From a virus (taxonomy: Duplodnaviria; Caudoviricetes): a stretch of 26,152 nucleotides of DNA. Positions 17,747 to 25,940 of this stretch are shown piece after piece. The stretch lies in IMG/VR virus record IMGVR_UViG_3300035562_000067, positions 1 to 26,152 of that record. One strand, written 5' to 3'. Every line of letters begins with the position of its first letter. The stretch's first letter is position 1. The position numbers and the translations under genes are program-made. Under the pieces are notes generated by a model that saw nothing but the letters and a program-made list of their open reading frames with translations, was not told where the DNA came from and did no database searches.

Positions 17747-18965
17747 CGGCGTCTTCCTCTTTGGTTTTATCGTCGATTATGTTTTTGGTTGGGTTGGCCG
17801 CATTGACGCTGACCAGCATCTCATCCAGACCGTCCACGGGGTTCATGTCCTCGAAGGCGCGTGCCTCGTTGCGGCTCATCCAGCCGTCAGTGATGGCAAA
17901 GTGATAGAACTGCGCACGCTCTTTCGGCGTCCCGCGCATCAGCCCAGCCAGGTTAAAGCGGACGTAATACCCCGCCGTGCGCTCCGCCCGGGTGAATAGT
18001 CTGCGATTCAGCTCCTGCTCCCAGTTGGCCACCCAGGGCATGATGGTGTATCGGACAAACTGAATAGCTTGTTCGGTAATGTTGCTGAAGGTGGCTTTTT
18101 CCAGATCGTTGATCATGTGCGCCGGCACGTTGAATATGCCGGCAATCATCGAACGGTTCAGCTTCATCATGTCGATGATCTGGGCGTCTACCGGGGACAC
18201 TGACAGCGCCCTGTAATCAAGCTCTGCGGGTAACAGCAGGGTTTTATTCTCCTGGCTACGCAGCGCCAGTGCCGCCTTTTGCCAGACTTTCTTCAACCGC
18301 TCCCATCCCTTATCCTGGATCTCGCCTTTTACTGAGATAATCCCCGCCGGGCGTGCGTTGCCACTGAAAAAGGAACTGGTGTATTTCTGCCCGCTCATCC
18401 CCATGCCGATCGTCTCGGCGTGCTGCAAAATTGGGCTGAGGCCCATTTTCTGGTTATTACCCAACGCACGGATGTGGATCATATCGTCGGGACTGATGGC
18501 GAAACTGCCCAGCTCGTTGTAAACACCGTAGGTATAGCGTCCGCCGGTATTGAGCAGCGTGGTTTCCCATGGCATGCACGCTTCCAATCCGTTGACTTCG
18601 CCGCGGCGCGAGCGGTGCACCCGGGTAAACCCGTTCCCCCAGCCAAGAATGTGCCGTTGTTTCAGCTCACGCCATTTGTAACTGGTCTGCCATTCATTGG
18701 GTTCGTCATGCACCAGGTAAAATACCGGGTGATCACGCGCCACATTTACGCCCTTCTCTGTTTTTCGCATCACATGCAGCGGCATCTGGGCCACATTAGA
18801 CGCCAGTACGTAAATGCACGAATAGACCGCGGCCAATTTCATCGCCGTTTCAGGGCTGACATACACATCCGACTGGAACAAGCCGTTCGACTCCACCATT
18901 TCGGCGGTGATCGGGTTTGCCGGATTCTCCAGCGGGTCATTGCGAAATAGTGCATCAAGTATCAC
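17739..18965 (-). CDS. Portal protein (HK97 family)
   Basis: AVYSCIYVLA..VAQMPL, GWGNG, IAGIFNVP, FSNI.EQ, GWMSRNEAR..E; start at GTG 18965 after GGAGG. Confidence 0.96.
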   Translation of the reverse strand: MILDALFRNDPLENPANPITAEMVESNGLFQSDVYVSPETAMKLAAVYSCIYVLASNVAQMPLHVMRKTEKGVNVARDHPVFYLVHDEPNEWQTSYKWRELKQRHILGWGNGFTRVHRSRRGEVNGLEACMPWETTLLNTGGRYTYGVYNELGSFAISPDDMIHIRALGNNQKMGLSPILQHAETIGMGMSGQKYTSSFFSGNARPAGIISVKGEIQDKGWERLKKVWQKAALALRSQENKTLLLPAELDYRALSVSPVDAQIIDMMKLNRSMIAGIFNVPAHMINDLEKATFSNITEQAIQFVRYTIMPWVANWEQELNRRLFTRAERTAGYYVRFNLAGLMRGTPKERAQFYHFAITDGWMSRNEARAFEDMNPVDGLDEMLVSVNAANPTKNIIDDKTKEEDADE

Positions 18966-19117
18966 GTTTTCCCCCTCCTGGCAGCGATAAGGGCAAATGC
19001 CAGCAGCGCGGTGCCAGCACACTGCAGTGCAGTCGCCGTCCCGAATTGCAGGTAAATTCCGCCCACCAGCAAGCCGAGGCCCGTCAGCCCGATAGCATCG
19101 ATAATCAGTGTTTTCAT
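18962..19117 (-). CDS. Small membrane protein between terL and portal (YmfR-like, 51 aa, absent from ORF track)
   Basis: My translation: [51 protein letters not shown]; overlaps terL stop and portal start. Confidence 0.75.
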   Translation of the reverse strand: MKTLIIDAIGLTGLGLLVGGIYLQFGTATALQCAGTALLAFALIAARRGKT

Positions 19118-20847
19118 AGGTATAAGAGGTCTTCGTCTGGATCGAGGTTGGAAAGGAAATCACCCGGTTCATTGAGCATGGCGCGGCCGATGCCCATGAT
19201 CAGCGTCACTGCACCATCAATTTTGCTTTCGGACTGCTCTTTGATGGGCCTGACCACATCGTCATTGCCCGGTAAAAACTTGCCGATCACATTACTGATA
19301 CACCAGGACATGATGGGGTTGCCATCGTGATGAAAGCGCCCAGACTCGATAGCGGCCTCCAGTTCTTTCATCGGGTCAGACATGTTGGTGTAGTTCTGAA
19401 TGATGGTGATGGGTGACATGTTTTCATCAGCCAGTTCGTGCGAAATCCCCGTGGCACCAAAGGGGTCGATCGGCGATTCTTCTACCGGATTAAGGCGGTT
19501 GGCCGCTTTGGCCTCCTCCATGATGTAGCGGTAATCAATCTCCGCGCCATCGGTAACCGTCAACAATCCCATCTCAACCCATTTCTGGAAGCGCTCGGCC
19601 GTGCGCCGATCTTCGTTTTTCTCAACGCTGTAGACGGTGTCGTACGGTACCCAGAACCGCGGTGCCACGCTGTAGTAGTGGCGTTTGCCGTCAATATCTC
19701 GCGTAAACAGGCGCGCCATACTGTTCATGTCCAGCTTGCGCGCCAGGTCAAATGACAGAATGCAGGGTTGCCCTTCAAACTGCTCGAGCGTCAGCGTGGT
19801 GTCTTCACAGCGCTTCAGGCTGACCAGGTTATAGAAGGCATCACGCGCCGCGACCCAAACGTTGAGATGTTTGGTTTTGAACGTGCCAGCATGGCGGGCA
19901 TTGTTAATGGCGCGCTGCTGCTGGCTAAGCAGAAAATCCTTGTAGACCGAGATCCCCATATTGGGGTTGGCCTTGACCAAAGATTCCGGCTTTGTCCAGT
20001 CGTCCCCTTCATCAATGGTATAAATGATACCAAACAGCTCATCGTTCGGCACCGTGCCATTCAAGACCTCAATCACTTCACGCCGCTTGTCGTAACACGG
20101 CCCCTCGATGTTGTAACCCGCCGTGGTGATAGCCCACATCAGCGGCTGACGCCTGGCCCCCATACCTGTCAGCATCGTGGTATAGAGTGCATCGGTGGGA
20201 TGTTCGTGATATTCATCCACCACCGCCATGCTGGGTGATGAGCCGTCCCCAGGGTTACCGATTAGCGGCTCGAACCGGGCGCCATCTTCCGGGCGGTTCA
20301 GGTTGGAGGCATTGACCTCTATCCCGAAGGCCTCCATCAACATCGGCGTACGCTTACACATCAGCCGGGCTGGGCGGAACACCTCCCAGGCCTGTTTCTC
20401 GGTGGTCGCGCCGGAATACACCTCGGCGCCAAACTCCCCGTCGCAGGTAAAACCGTAAAGCGCCACACCGGCGGATATCGCCGATTTGCCATTCTTGCGC
20501 GGGATCTCGGTGTAGACCTCACGGAACCGCCGCAACTTGGTGCCCTTATGCACCCAGCCAAAGACGGCACAGACGATAAACAGCTGCCACGGCTCCAGGG
20601 TGATCGGCATACGCTTGTAAGCCCATTCCCCCTTGGTGTGGGGTAATAATTGGATGAATTTCGCGGCCTGTTCTGCCAGATCCCTGTCGAAGCGGTAACG
20701 AAACTTGCGGCCCTTCTCTTCGGCCAGATCGTCAAGGTGACGCTGGCAGGCGCTGATCACATACTGGCAGGCCACTATCTTGCCGCGCACCACATCACGC
20801 GCATACTGGTTGGCCGCATTCACGTTGGGGTAAGATTTTCTCTTCAT
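19114..20847 (-). CDS. terL: Terminase large subunit
   Basis: LEPWQ, Walker A IPRKNGKS, Walker [20 protein letters not shown]. Confidence 0.97.
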   Translation of the reverse strand: MKRKSYPNVNAANQYARDVVRGKIVACQYVISACQRHLDDLAEEKGRKFRYRFDRDLAEQAAKFIQLLPHTKGEWAYKRMPITLEPWQLFIVCAVFGWVHKGTKLRRFREVYTEIPRKNGKSAISAGVALYGFTCDGEFGAEVYSGATTEKQAWEVFRPARLMCKRTPMLMEAFGIEVNASNLNRPEDGARFEPLIGNPGDGSSPSMAVVDEYHEHPTDALYTTMLTGMGARRQPLMWAITTAGYNIEGPCYDKRREVIEVLNGTVPNDELFGIIYTIDEGDDWTKPESLVKANPNMGISVYKDFLLSQQQRAINNARHAGTFKTKHLNVWVAARDAFYNLVSLKRCEDTTLTLEQFEGQPCILSFDLARKLDMNSMARLFTRDIDGKRHYYSVAPRFWVPYDTVYSVEKNEDRRTAERFQKWVEMGLLTVTDGAEIDYRYIMEEAKAANRLNPVEESPIDPFGATGISHELADENMSPITIIQNYTNMSDPMKELEAAIESGRFHHDGNPIMSWCISNVIGKFLPGNDDVVRPIKEQSESKIDGAVTLIMGIGRAMLNEPGDFLSNLDPDEDLLYL

Positions 20848-21338
20848 GATGTGATCAACTTAATGAATGGGTTACTGGTCTTTTTCTGTCCCGCAAGACC
20901 GATCAGACGTTGCCGGCTACCCGGGTCAAGGCCCAGCATGGCGCCGGTGCTGCTCATCTCCGACTCCTGCTCTTTTTTCGCTGTCAGCTGTGGGTTTTTT
21001 ATCGGGCCACCGGTAGCACCGGTGACCACGTTGCCCTGCTTGGCGATGCACGTTACCGCCCGACGCCAAAACTCGTACGCCACACACCACCGTTCAAGCA
21101 CCGCCAGATCCGTCACGCAAAGAATGCCCTGGCCGCACAGCTCTTTGGTGGTCATTTGCCACATCACCGTGGCCAGGGGCAGATCCTCTTCTTCAAACCA
21201 TGCTGGCGGATCGACACCTTTGATGGGGGTGAATACCGGCTCGTCTTTGTTCAGGGCCCGTTTACCGGGATTGCCGGCCAATTCCTTGCGGGCGGTCGGC
21301 TTCGGGCGTCGCCCGGATTTGCCCGCCGTTCCGGCCAT
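20844..21338 (-). CDS. terS: Terminase small subunit, P27 family
   Basis: [26 protein letters not shown]. Confidence 0.95.
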   Translation of the reverse strand: MAGTAGKSGRRPKPTARKELAGNPGKRALNKDEPVFTPIKGVDPPAWFEEEDLPLATVMWQMTTKELCGQGILCVTDLAVLERWCVAYEFWRRAVTCIAKQGNVVTGATGGPIKNPQLTAKKEQESEMSSTGAMLGLDPGSRQRLIGLAGQKKTSNPFIKLITS

Positions 21339-21439
21339 ATGCGCTCCAGATTAAATTTCATTTTTCGCGGGTATAAAAATTCGATGGGGCGGGCAGTACG
21401 GAGGGGGCAAGGCTGTAGGGATTTTACCTCCCCCCTGCC
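21339..21439 (-). other. Probable cos packaging site region (candidate cosN TGCCCGCCCC, 21395-21386)
   Basis: Non-coding gap between HNH and terS, where HK97/P27-type phages place cos; GC-rich 10-mer flanked by A/T tracts; exact cut site is inferred. Confidence 0.6.
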
Positions 21440-21793
21440 TCATGAGCGCCGCTCTCTGGCTGTCTTCGCCCTATGACAGGGGGTGCATAGGCTTTGCAAG
21501 TTGGCCTCACTATCATCACCACCGTGCGCCTGAGGCACAATGTGGTCAACACAATCGGCCTCAGTTATCGTACTCCGGCGCAGACATTCCTGACACAACC
21601 CCTTATCACGCTTGAGTATCCGAGGCTTAATGACATCCCATCGACTGCCGTAACCACGCTGGTGGCGGTTCAGACCAGGCTTATAGTTACGCCAACCTTC
21701 ACCCTGATGCTCACTACAAAACCCACTGCGATCGGTTGTGGTATTGCGGCAGCCGCGTTTACGGCAGGCTTTTGGTATTTTCGCTGGCATCAT
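21440..21793 (-). CDS. HNH endonuclease (terminase-associated, HK97 gp74-like)
   Basis: RGYG..W, RD..LCQ.C, VDHIVP..HGG.D...NLQSLC..CH..KT. Confidence 0.95.
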   Translation of the reverse strand: MMPAKIPKACRKRGCRNTTTDRSGFCSEHQGEGWRNYKPGLNRHQRGYGSRWDVIKPRILKRDKGLCQECLRRSTITEADCVDHIVPQAHGGDDSEANLQSLCTPCHRAKTARERRS

Positions 21794-22409
21794 TTACCCG
21801 CTTGAAGGCATAAGAGCCGATGCCACTGCGACCCAGCTCTGATTCAATGGTGTTATGTTCAACGCAGGTGAAACCCTGCTCAGTGAACCAACTGATAATC
21901 CCATCGTGCGTGAAGTACCAAATATGCTCATTCGGTCGGTAGTGATGCGAAACCATAATGGCATCACCGCTGGTAAAGATGGGGATAGACACAAATACCC
22001 AGGCCTTTGCCTTGGCAACAGCCAGTTCAGGCTGGTCTATATGCTCCAAACTGTCCCAGAAACTCAGCGCATCGAACGCACCACTGTACAAGTCAGCCCA
22101 CTGATGACGTTCCTGAAGCCATTTGATGCCCGCAGGATTAACGTCATAACCTTGCGTATCCGTTCTGGCCATAACGAACTGACCCGCACCAATACCAACA
22201 TCAAGCACAGGCCCGTCATAGTGGCGGGCGACTAGCGCAACGCGCGCTTGTGTCAGCGCGTGCCCCATAGGGGTATCAGCCAATTGTTGATACTTGTGGA
22301 AATAGCTGTCGTCGTAGGGACGCTGACTCACTGGCACGGGATAACGACCAATGCCTAACGCCGGCACATAGACCAACCCAGACTCAAGATGATGAGAGAA
22401 CGATTTCAT
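21759..22409 (-). CDS. Class I SAM-dependent methyltransferase (sugar O-methyltransferase-like)
   Basis: Motif I VLDVGIGAG, GYDVNP, FDALSFWDSLEHI, EHIWYFT; no DPPY/NPPY or PC DNA-MTase catalytic motif seen. Confidence 0.85.
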   Translation of the reverse strand: MKSFSHHLESGLVYVPALGIGRYPVPVSQRPYDDSYFHKYQQLADTPMGHALTQARVALVARHYDGPVLDVGIGAGQFVMARTDTQGYDVNPAGIKWLQERHQWADLYSGAFDALSFWDSLEHIDQPELAVAKAKAWVFVSIPIFTSGDAIMVSHHYRPNEHIWYFTHDGIISWFTEQGFTCVEHNTIESELGRSGIGSYAFKRVNDASENTKSLP

Positions 22410-23256
22410 GGAGCCAGTCCTTAAACAGTTGGCTAAAGCCGGTAATGTGTTTGCTGCAGTCGTGGTCCATTTGGCCGCACATACAGTAATTATCAGGCTG
22501 CGCCCAGCCTACGCGGGAAAGGTCCATATCCGGGTCGGTGACAATGTGCGGAGCATTGTGCGCACCGCAGCCACCCTGGATGATGAAAACTGGCGTTCTG
22601 TAGCAGATTGCGGCGGGAAGCGCCCACCCCACCCCAGACACCACCACCGCGGCATGTTCGATCAGCGCCAGAATCTGAGTGACAGAAAGCTCACCCGCAT
22701 GCAGTTGCAGGTCAGCCACAGGCTCATCCCCTACCAGCCACTCTTCGCCCTCTTCCAGATCAGCCAGGCTGACCACATAAAAATGCTTTTTCAGCAGCGT
22801 TGCCGCCTCGCTGATGTACCTGGGCTCAGGATTGCGCGCCGGATTGGACCACTCACGCCGTACCGTAGCCGGACGAATAACTGCAATAGGCTTATCACTG
22901 AACACTGGCGGCGGCCCATAAGAGGGCAAATCAAACTCGGTGGCCACCTTGCAAAATTGCAGGGTCATCGCATCAATAATGGACCCGCGGGCCAACTCGT
23001 CAGCTCCGTAGAACACCGTGATGTTTTCGGCCTTCGGAGGCTCAGGCATATACTTCAGCCAGGTGCGCTCTTCGTTCTTACGCTGAGTCCGTAACACGGT
23101 ATTGGATTTAACGAACTTCACATCCAGATCCGCATACAATTCCGGCCAAGGTGTGCGAATGAACGCGCCGGGGAGTTGCCGAACAAAAGCCCGCTGATAG
23201 ATGCTGTCGCCCAGGCCATACATCCCGCGGATGTAGATGTTTCGCTGTATCGACAT
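22384..23256 (-). CDS. GT-B glycosyltransferase, GT9/heptosyltransferase-like
   Basis: N-terminal GLGD, LS..Q.LALIEHA.VVVS...ALPAA....PVFII.G segment, C-terminal CMC-x5-C..I; usual DSG/H motif is replaced. Confidence 0.72.
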   Translation of the reverse strand: MSIQRNIYIRGMYGLGDSIYQRAFVRQLPGAFIRTPWPELYADLDVKFVKSNTVLRTQRKNEERTWLKYMPEPPKAENITVFYGADELARGSIIDAMTLQFCKVATEFDLPSYGPPPVFSDKPIAVIRPATVRREWSNPARNPEPRYISEAATLLKKHFYVVSLADLEEGEEWLVGDEPVADLQLHAGELSVTQILALIEHAAVVVSGVGWALPAAICYRTPVFIIQGGCGAHNAPHIVTDPDMDLSRVGWAQPDNYCMCGQMDHDCSKHITGFSQLFKDWLHEIVLSSS

Positions 23257-23264
23257 GAAAACCT

Positions 23265-23813
23265 TCAAAAAGAAGAAAGTGCAGCCTCAAGAGACTGCCT
23301 CTGAAAACACCGCAAGCGAGTACGCCGCGAACAGTTAATGATCTCGATACCCACAGCCCAGTCCCGCAGTTGGCGAAACTCATCATGCCAGCGTGCTACG
23401 CTCATGGCGTCGGGATTGGCGAGACCAACATGCGCACCATGCCAGTGAGCACCGAAGCGAATAGAGCAGTCATAGCCCACCAGCAAAACCCGCCTGGCGC
23501 CGTGATAGATGGCCAACTCAATAGCGCGCTGGCCAGAGTTGAAATTGCCTGGTAATTGGCTTTCCAGTTGCGCCAAGTTGAACCGCTCAGCGGTGAACGA
23601 ATCCCCGCACCAGCGTTCTGTCCCGTTAGTGATCTCACCGTGGTATTGCTCCCACCAGCAACAATCTGCTGCATAAATGACAGTGCATGAGGGGATAAGG
23701 CGCCAACTGTTATTGACCGCGACCACCGGCAAACCTGATGCAGCCACCTGTGCGCAGTCGGATGGGGTCAGCGATGGGCCGCTGGCGACACAAACAACCG
23801 TATGCCAGTCCAT
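23265..23813 (-). CDS. Maf/DUF115/sialyltransferase-like GT-A variant protein
   Basis: VVCVASGPSL, VVAVNNS, YAAD, NSGQRAIELAIYHGARRVLLVGYD, HWH, IINCS. Confidence 0.7.
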   Translation of the reverse strand: MDWHTVVCVASGPSLTPSDCAQVAASGLPVVAVNNSWRLIPSCTVIYAADCCWWEQYHGEITNGTERWCGDSFTAERFNLAQLESQLPGNFNSGQRAIELAIYHGARRVLLVGYDCSIRFGAHWHGAHVGLANPDAMSVARWHDEFRQLRDWAVGIEIINCSRRTRLRCFQRQSLEAALSSF

Positions 23814-23827
23814 ATAAGGCCTCGAAG

Positions 23828-23886
23828 AAAAAAGCCACCAGCCTGCCGATGCGCTGGGTGCGCGGTAGGTGCAGGGTGATGACTTT
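23828..23886 (-). terminator. Long terminator-like hairpin immediately upstream of the GT cassette
   Basis: Minus strand AAAGTCATCACCCTGC...GCAGGCTGGTGGCTTTTTT: 16-position stem with one mismatch and two G-U pairs, inner GCGC hairpin, T tail. Confidence 0.6.
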
Positions 23887-23941
23887 GGTTATCTTGCATT
23901 ACAGATGGCCTTTACGAGGGCCATCGATAATGCCGATGGTG

Positions 23942-24190
23942 TTAGCAATCTGCATCAGGCTGAGCTACAGAGCGACAAGCAGCCATACAGGCTCGCTTCA
24001 TGTCCATCTCGGCCTGACGCGCCCAATCAGTTGCTTCCCAATCACCATGTATATCACCTGCATGCTCACGCAAAAGCTTGATGAACTGACGGCTGATCTC
24101 TTTGAATTGGTTCATCTTACCTACTTCACCAAATGACAATTCACGGTAACCAGTCACTGTGCTGCCATCTTGAGGTTTAGCTGCGTTCAT
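23942..24190 (-). CDS. acb2: Acb2-family anti-CBASS cyclic-oligonucleotide sponge protein
   Basis: GYRELS..E...MN.FKE and W.......M..A.M...RSVAQP match Acb2/T4 Vs.4 motifs as I recall them; 82 aa; ATGA overlap with Rz1 stop. Confidence 0.82.
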   Translation of the reverse strand: MNAAKPQDGSTVTGYRELSFGEVGKMNQFKEISRQFIKLLREHAGDIHGDWEATDWARQAEMDMKRACMAACRSVAQPDADC

Positions 24191-24456
24191 TGATTTCTCC
24201 CGACGGATGTCCGCCATTGATTTAACGTGGCCACCTGGCCGGCGCAGATTGATAAAGCGGTTTGCAGTGCCAGTGCATGGCTGCCGATGTCGCCCCAGGT
24301 ATCACCCTGCAACGTGGGTTGCTCACATGGCTTGAAGACTGACTCAGGGGGTAACAGGAAGATCGGCGCTGGTGGTTGTACCGTTGGACTGCTGCATGAG
24401 GTCAAGCACAGCACCAGGAGCAGTGCGGCGGGCGCACTCATCGTTTTTGATAGCAT
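24187..24456 (-). CDS. rz1: Outer-membrane spanin Rz1 (lipoprotein)
   Basis: Lipobox LTSC after a hydrophobic stretch, Pro-rich; overlaps the Rz 3' end; start may be 24441. Confidence 0.88.
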   Translation of the reverse strand: MLSKTMSAPAALLLVLCLTSCSSPTVQPPAPIFLLPPESVFKPCEQPTLQGDTWGDIGSHALALQTALSICAGQVATLNQWRTSVGRNQ

Positions 24457-24730
24457 CCCGGTATTTCCTTTGATAGATATCGGCCTGCTGACGCAGTTGC
24501 TGTTCTTGCCTCTGTTGGGCTGCCATCAACGCGCGGTTCTGTGCATCTTGGGTTTGTAGTGTCGCTATCAATCCAGCCTGCTGCGCTAATGTCTTTTGCT
24601 GCTCTGCCAATTGCTGGCGTGCCAGCTCCAGTCGGTGCGACAACAACGAGCTGTAGCCACCAAGGCAGATAGACACCAACAACAACAGCAATAGCCCGCC
24701 CTGTGTCACTCTCTGCAACCAGCCGCTCAT
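24344..24730 (-). CDS. rz: Inner-membrane spanin Rz
   Basis: N-terminal TM helix then Gln-rich coiled coil, D.CA...P; ATGA overlap with endolysin stop. Confidence 0.88.
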   Translation of the reverse strand: MSGWLQRVTQGGLLLLLLVSICLGGYSSLLSHRLELARQQLAEQQKTLAQQAGLIATLQTQDAQNRALMAAQQRQEQQLRQQADIYQRKYRDAIKNDECARRTAPGAVLDLMQQSNGTTTSADLPVTP

Positions 24731-25113
24731 GCGGGGTAATCCCTGAAAGTAAGCTGGAAGTGCGGACCATCTTTCAGCGTTTTCCAATCACCACCCCACT
24801 CGATTGGCGTGCCCAACTCCGCGCCCGCTTGCTTAAAGGCTATGGCGATCTGCTCGTAGTATTTCCAATCCCAACTGATATTGCTGCCGAGATAGGCCAC
24901 TACGTCTACCGCATGCCCGGTCAGATGGCGGCTGTTCATCGTCTGGCTAGCACCGGCGGCAACCATCTGTTTTTGACGTTCTCGGCTACGAAGCCCTTCC
25001 GTGATACCGAAATCTACGGGAGATAGCTCAAGTGCCCGGCGTACAACCGCTATCAACGCGGGGTTGACGCCAACGAGATTTTTCTCGCTTCGTTGACTGA
25101 ATCTGTAAGTCAT
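24727..25113 (-). CDS. Endolysin, M15 family L-Ala-D-Glu peptidase
   Basis: FS.RS..NL.GV, EGLRS..RQ, SRHLTGHAVD, WGGDW..LKDGPHFQL zinc-peptidase motifs. Confidence 0.93.
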   Translation of the reverse strand: MTYRFSQRSEKNLVGVNPALIAVVRRALELSPVDFGITEGLRSRERQKQMVAAGASQTMNSRHLTGHAVDVVAYLGSNISWDWKYYEQIAIAFKQAGAELGTPIEWGGDWKTLKDGPHFQLTFRDYPA

Positions 25114-25119
25114 AGTCAA

Positions 25120-25398
25120 TTACCTTTGGAGGGGTTTAGCCAGGGTCATGACGTTGCCGCGTGATGCGATGACAGCCACGCAGAAAGCCAAATTGATTAA
25201 TGTCTCCGACCAATTCGCATAATGATAATCGCCGGTCAGAATACGTATGGTCACCGAGGCGCTGGCTACAATCAGCAACCAGGCGCAGAACGCTGCGAAA
25301 GGCCGATGAGTCGCACCATTCCGGCGATACAGCATCATGCGGGCGGCTATTACCGCGCAGGTGATGGCATTCACAATTAAGAGGTATTCATTTAGCAT
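25120..25398 (-). CDS. Phage holin family protein (DUF754-like, 3 TM)
   Basis: YRR.GA.HR, RGNV..L; hydrophobic segments; immediately before endolysin. Confidence 0.8.
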   Translation of the reverse strand: MLNEYLLIVNAITCAVIAARMMLYRRNGATHRPFAAFCAWLLIVASASVTIRILTGDYHYANWSETLINLAFCVAVIASRGNVMTLAKPLQR

Positions 25399-25762
25399 CG
25401 TTCCCCCCTCGCCGGAACCGGTCAAAAAACCCCGTTGGATTTTGGCTTGCGGACATCAGTAACCGAACTGCGATGGCCGAAGCCACCAGCGCACCAACAG
25501 GATCACGCGCTTCGATATCACCTGGCGTTGCCCATGTGATGATGTCTGCTGCGAACGGCGCCGCCAGAATACCCACCAGCAAAGAAGCCACAAACAGTGC
25601 CAGTTTTTTCAGTAATGAGAAATCACTGGCTGACATGACAAAAATCACTGCCCCGGCAAATGCCCCGATCAACACACCAGAATCAACACCTGATAACAGC
25701 CCTGCCACAGTCACGCCGGTTAATGCGGTAGTCGCTGCCCCAGTACCTACCGGCTCAGTCAT
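25388..25762 (-). CDS. Putative holin/antiholin
   Basis: MTEPV, GAFAGAVIFV, several TM segments, basic C-terminus; first gene of the lysis cassette. Confidence 0.78.
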   Translation of the reverse strand: MTEPVGTGAATTALTGVTVAGLLSGVDSGVLIGAFAGAVIFVMSASDFSLLKKLALFVASLLVGILAAPFAADIITWATPGDIEARDPVGALVASAIAVRLLMSASQNPTGFFDRFRRGGNDAK

Positions 25763-25808
25763 TTTTTTGCTCCTTTGCTCGCTCAGCGAACGCCGGGCGT
25801 AAGACATG

Positions 25809-25834
25809 AAAAAGGCCGCGCAAAAGCGCAGCCC
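25809..25834 (-). terminator. Second late-leader terminator
   Basis: Minus strand GGCTGCGC-TTTT-GCGCGGCC followed by TTTTT. Confidence 0.8.
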
Positions 25835-25843
25835 AGAAACAAG

Positions 25844-25868
25844 AAAACCCCGCCGAAGCGAGGTTTTT
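25844..25868 (-). terminator. tR'-like late-leader terminator
   Basis: Minus strand AAAACCTCGC-TTCG-GCGGGGTTTT. Confidence 0.85.
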
Positions 25869-25896
25869 GCGCCATTTGCAATACTGGCAAAATATC

Positions 25897-25937
25897 AAAT
25901 TAGGCTTAAATATGACTTATTTTGTTCGTTTTTGCAA
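25897..25937 (-). promoter_or_regulatory. pR'-like late promoter with sigma-dependent pause element
   Basis: TTGCAA (25937-25932), 17 bp, CATATT (25914-25909), then a -10-like TAATTT near +1; directly after Q and before two terminators. Confidence 0.65.
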
Positions 25938-25940
25938 GCA

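Noticed and set aside
18966-19172. N-terminal extension of portal in the ORF track (and similar extensions on baseplate J, fibre, neck, Rz, holin and acb2 ORFs)
   Set aside because: Extensions overlap upstream genes; internal starts have better SD sequences or stop-start coupling
21759-22409. Methyltransferase as a DNA MTase of a restriction-modification system
   Set aside because: No DPPY/NPPY or PC catalytic motif; EH-type motifs and GT neighbours fit a small-molecule or sugar MTase; the adjacent HNH is the standard packaging nuclease. DNA as substrate of the whole cassette is not fully excluded
2736-25802. Numerous plus-strand and alternate-frame ORFs of 60-234 aa within the late operon
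   Set aside because: Shadows of well-supported GC-rich minus-strand genes, with no family motifs
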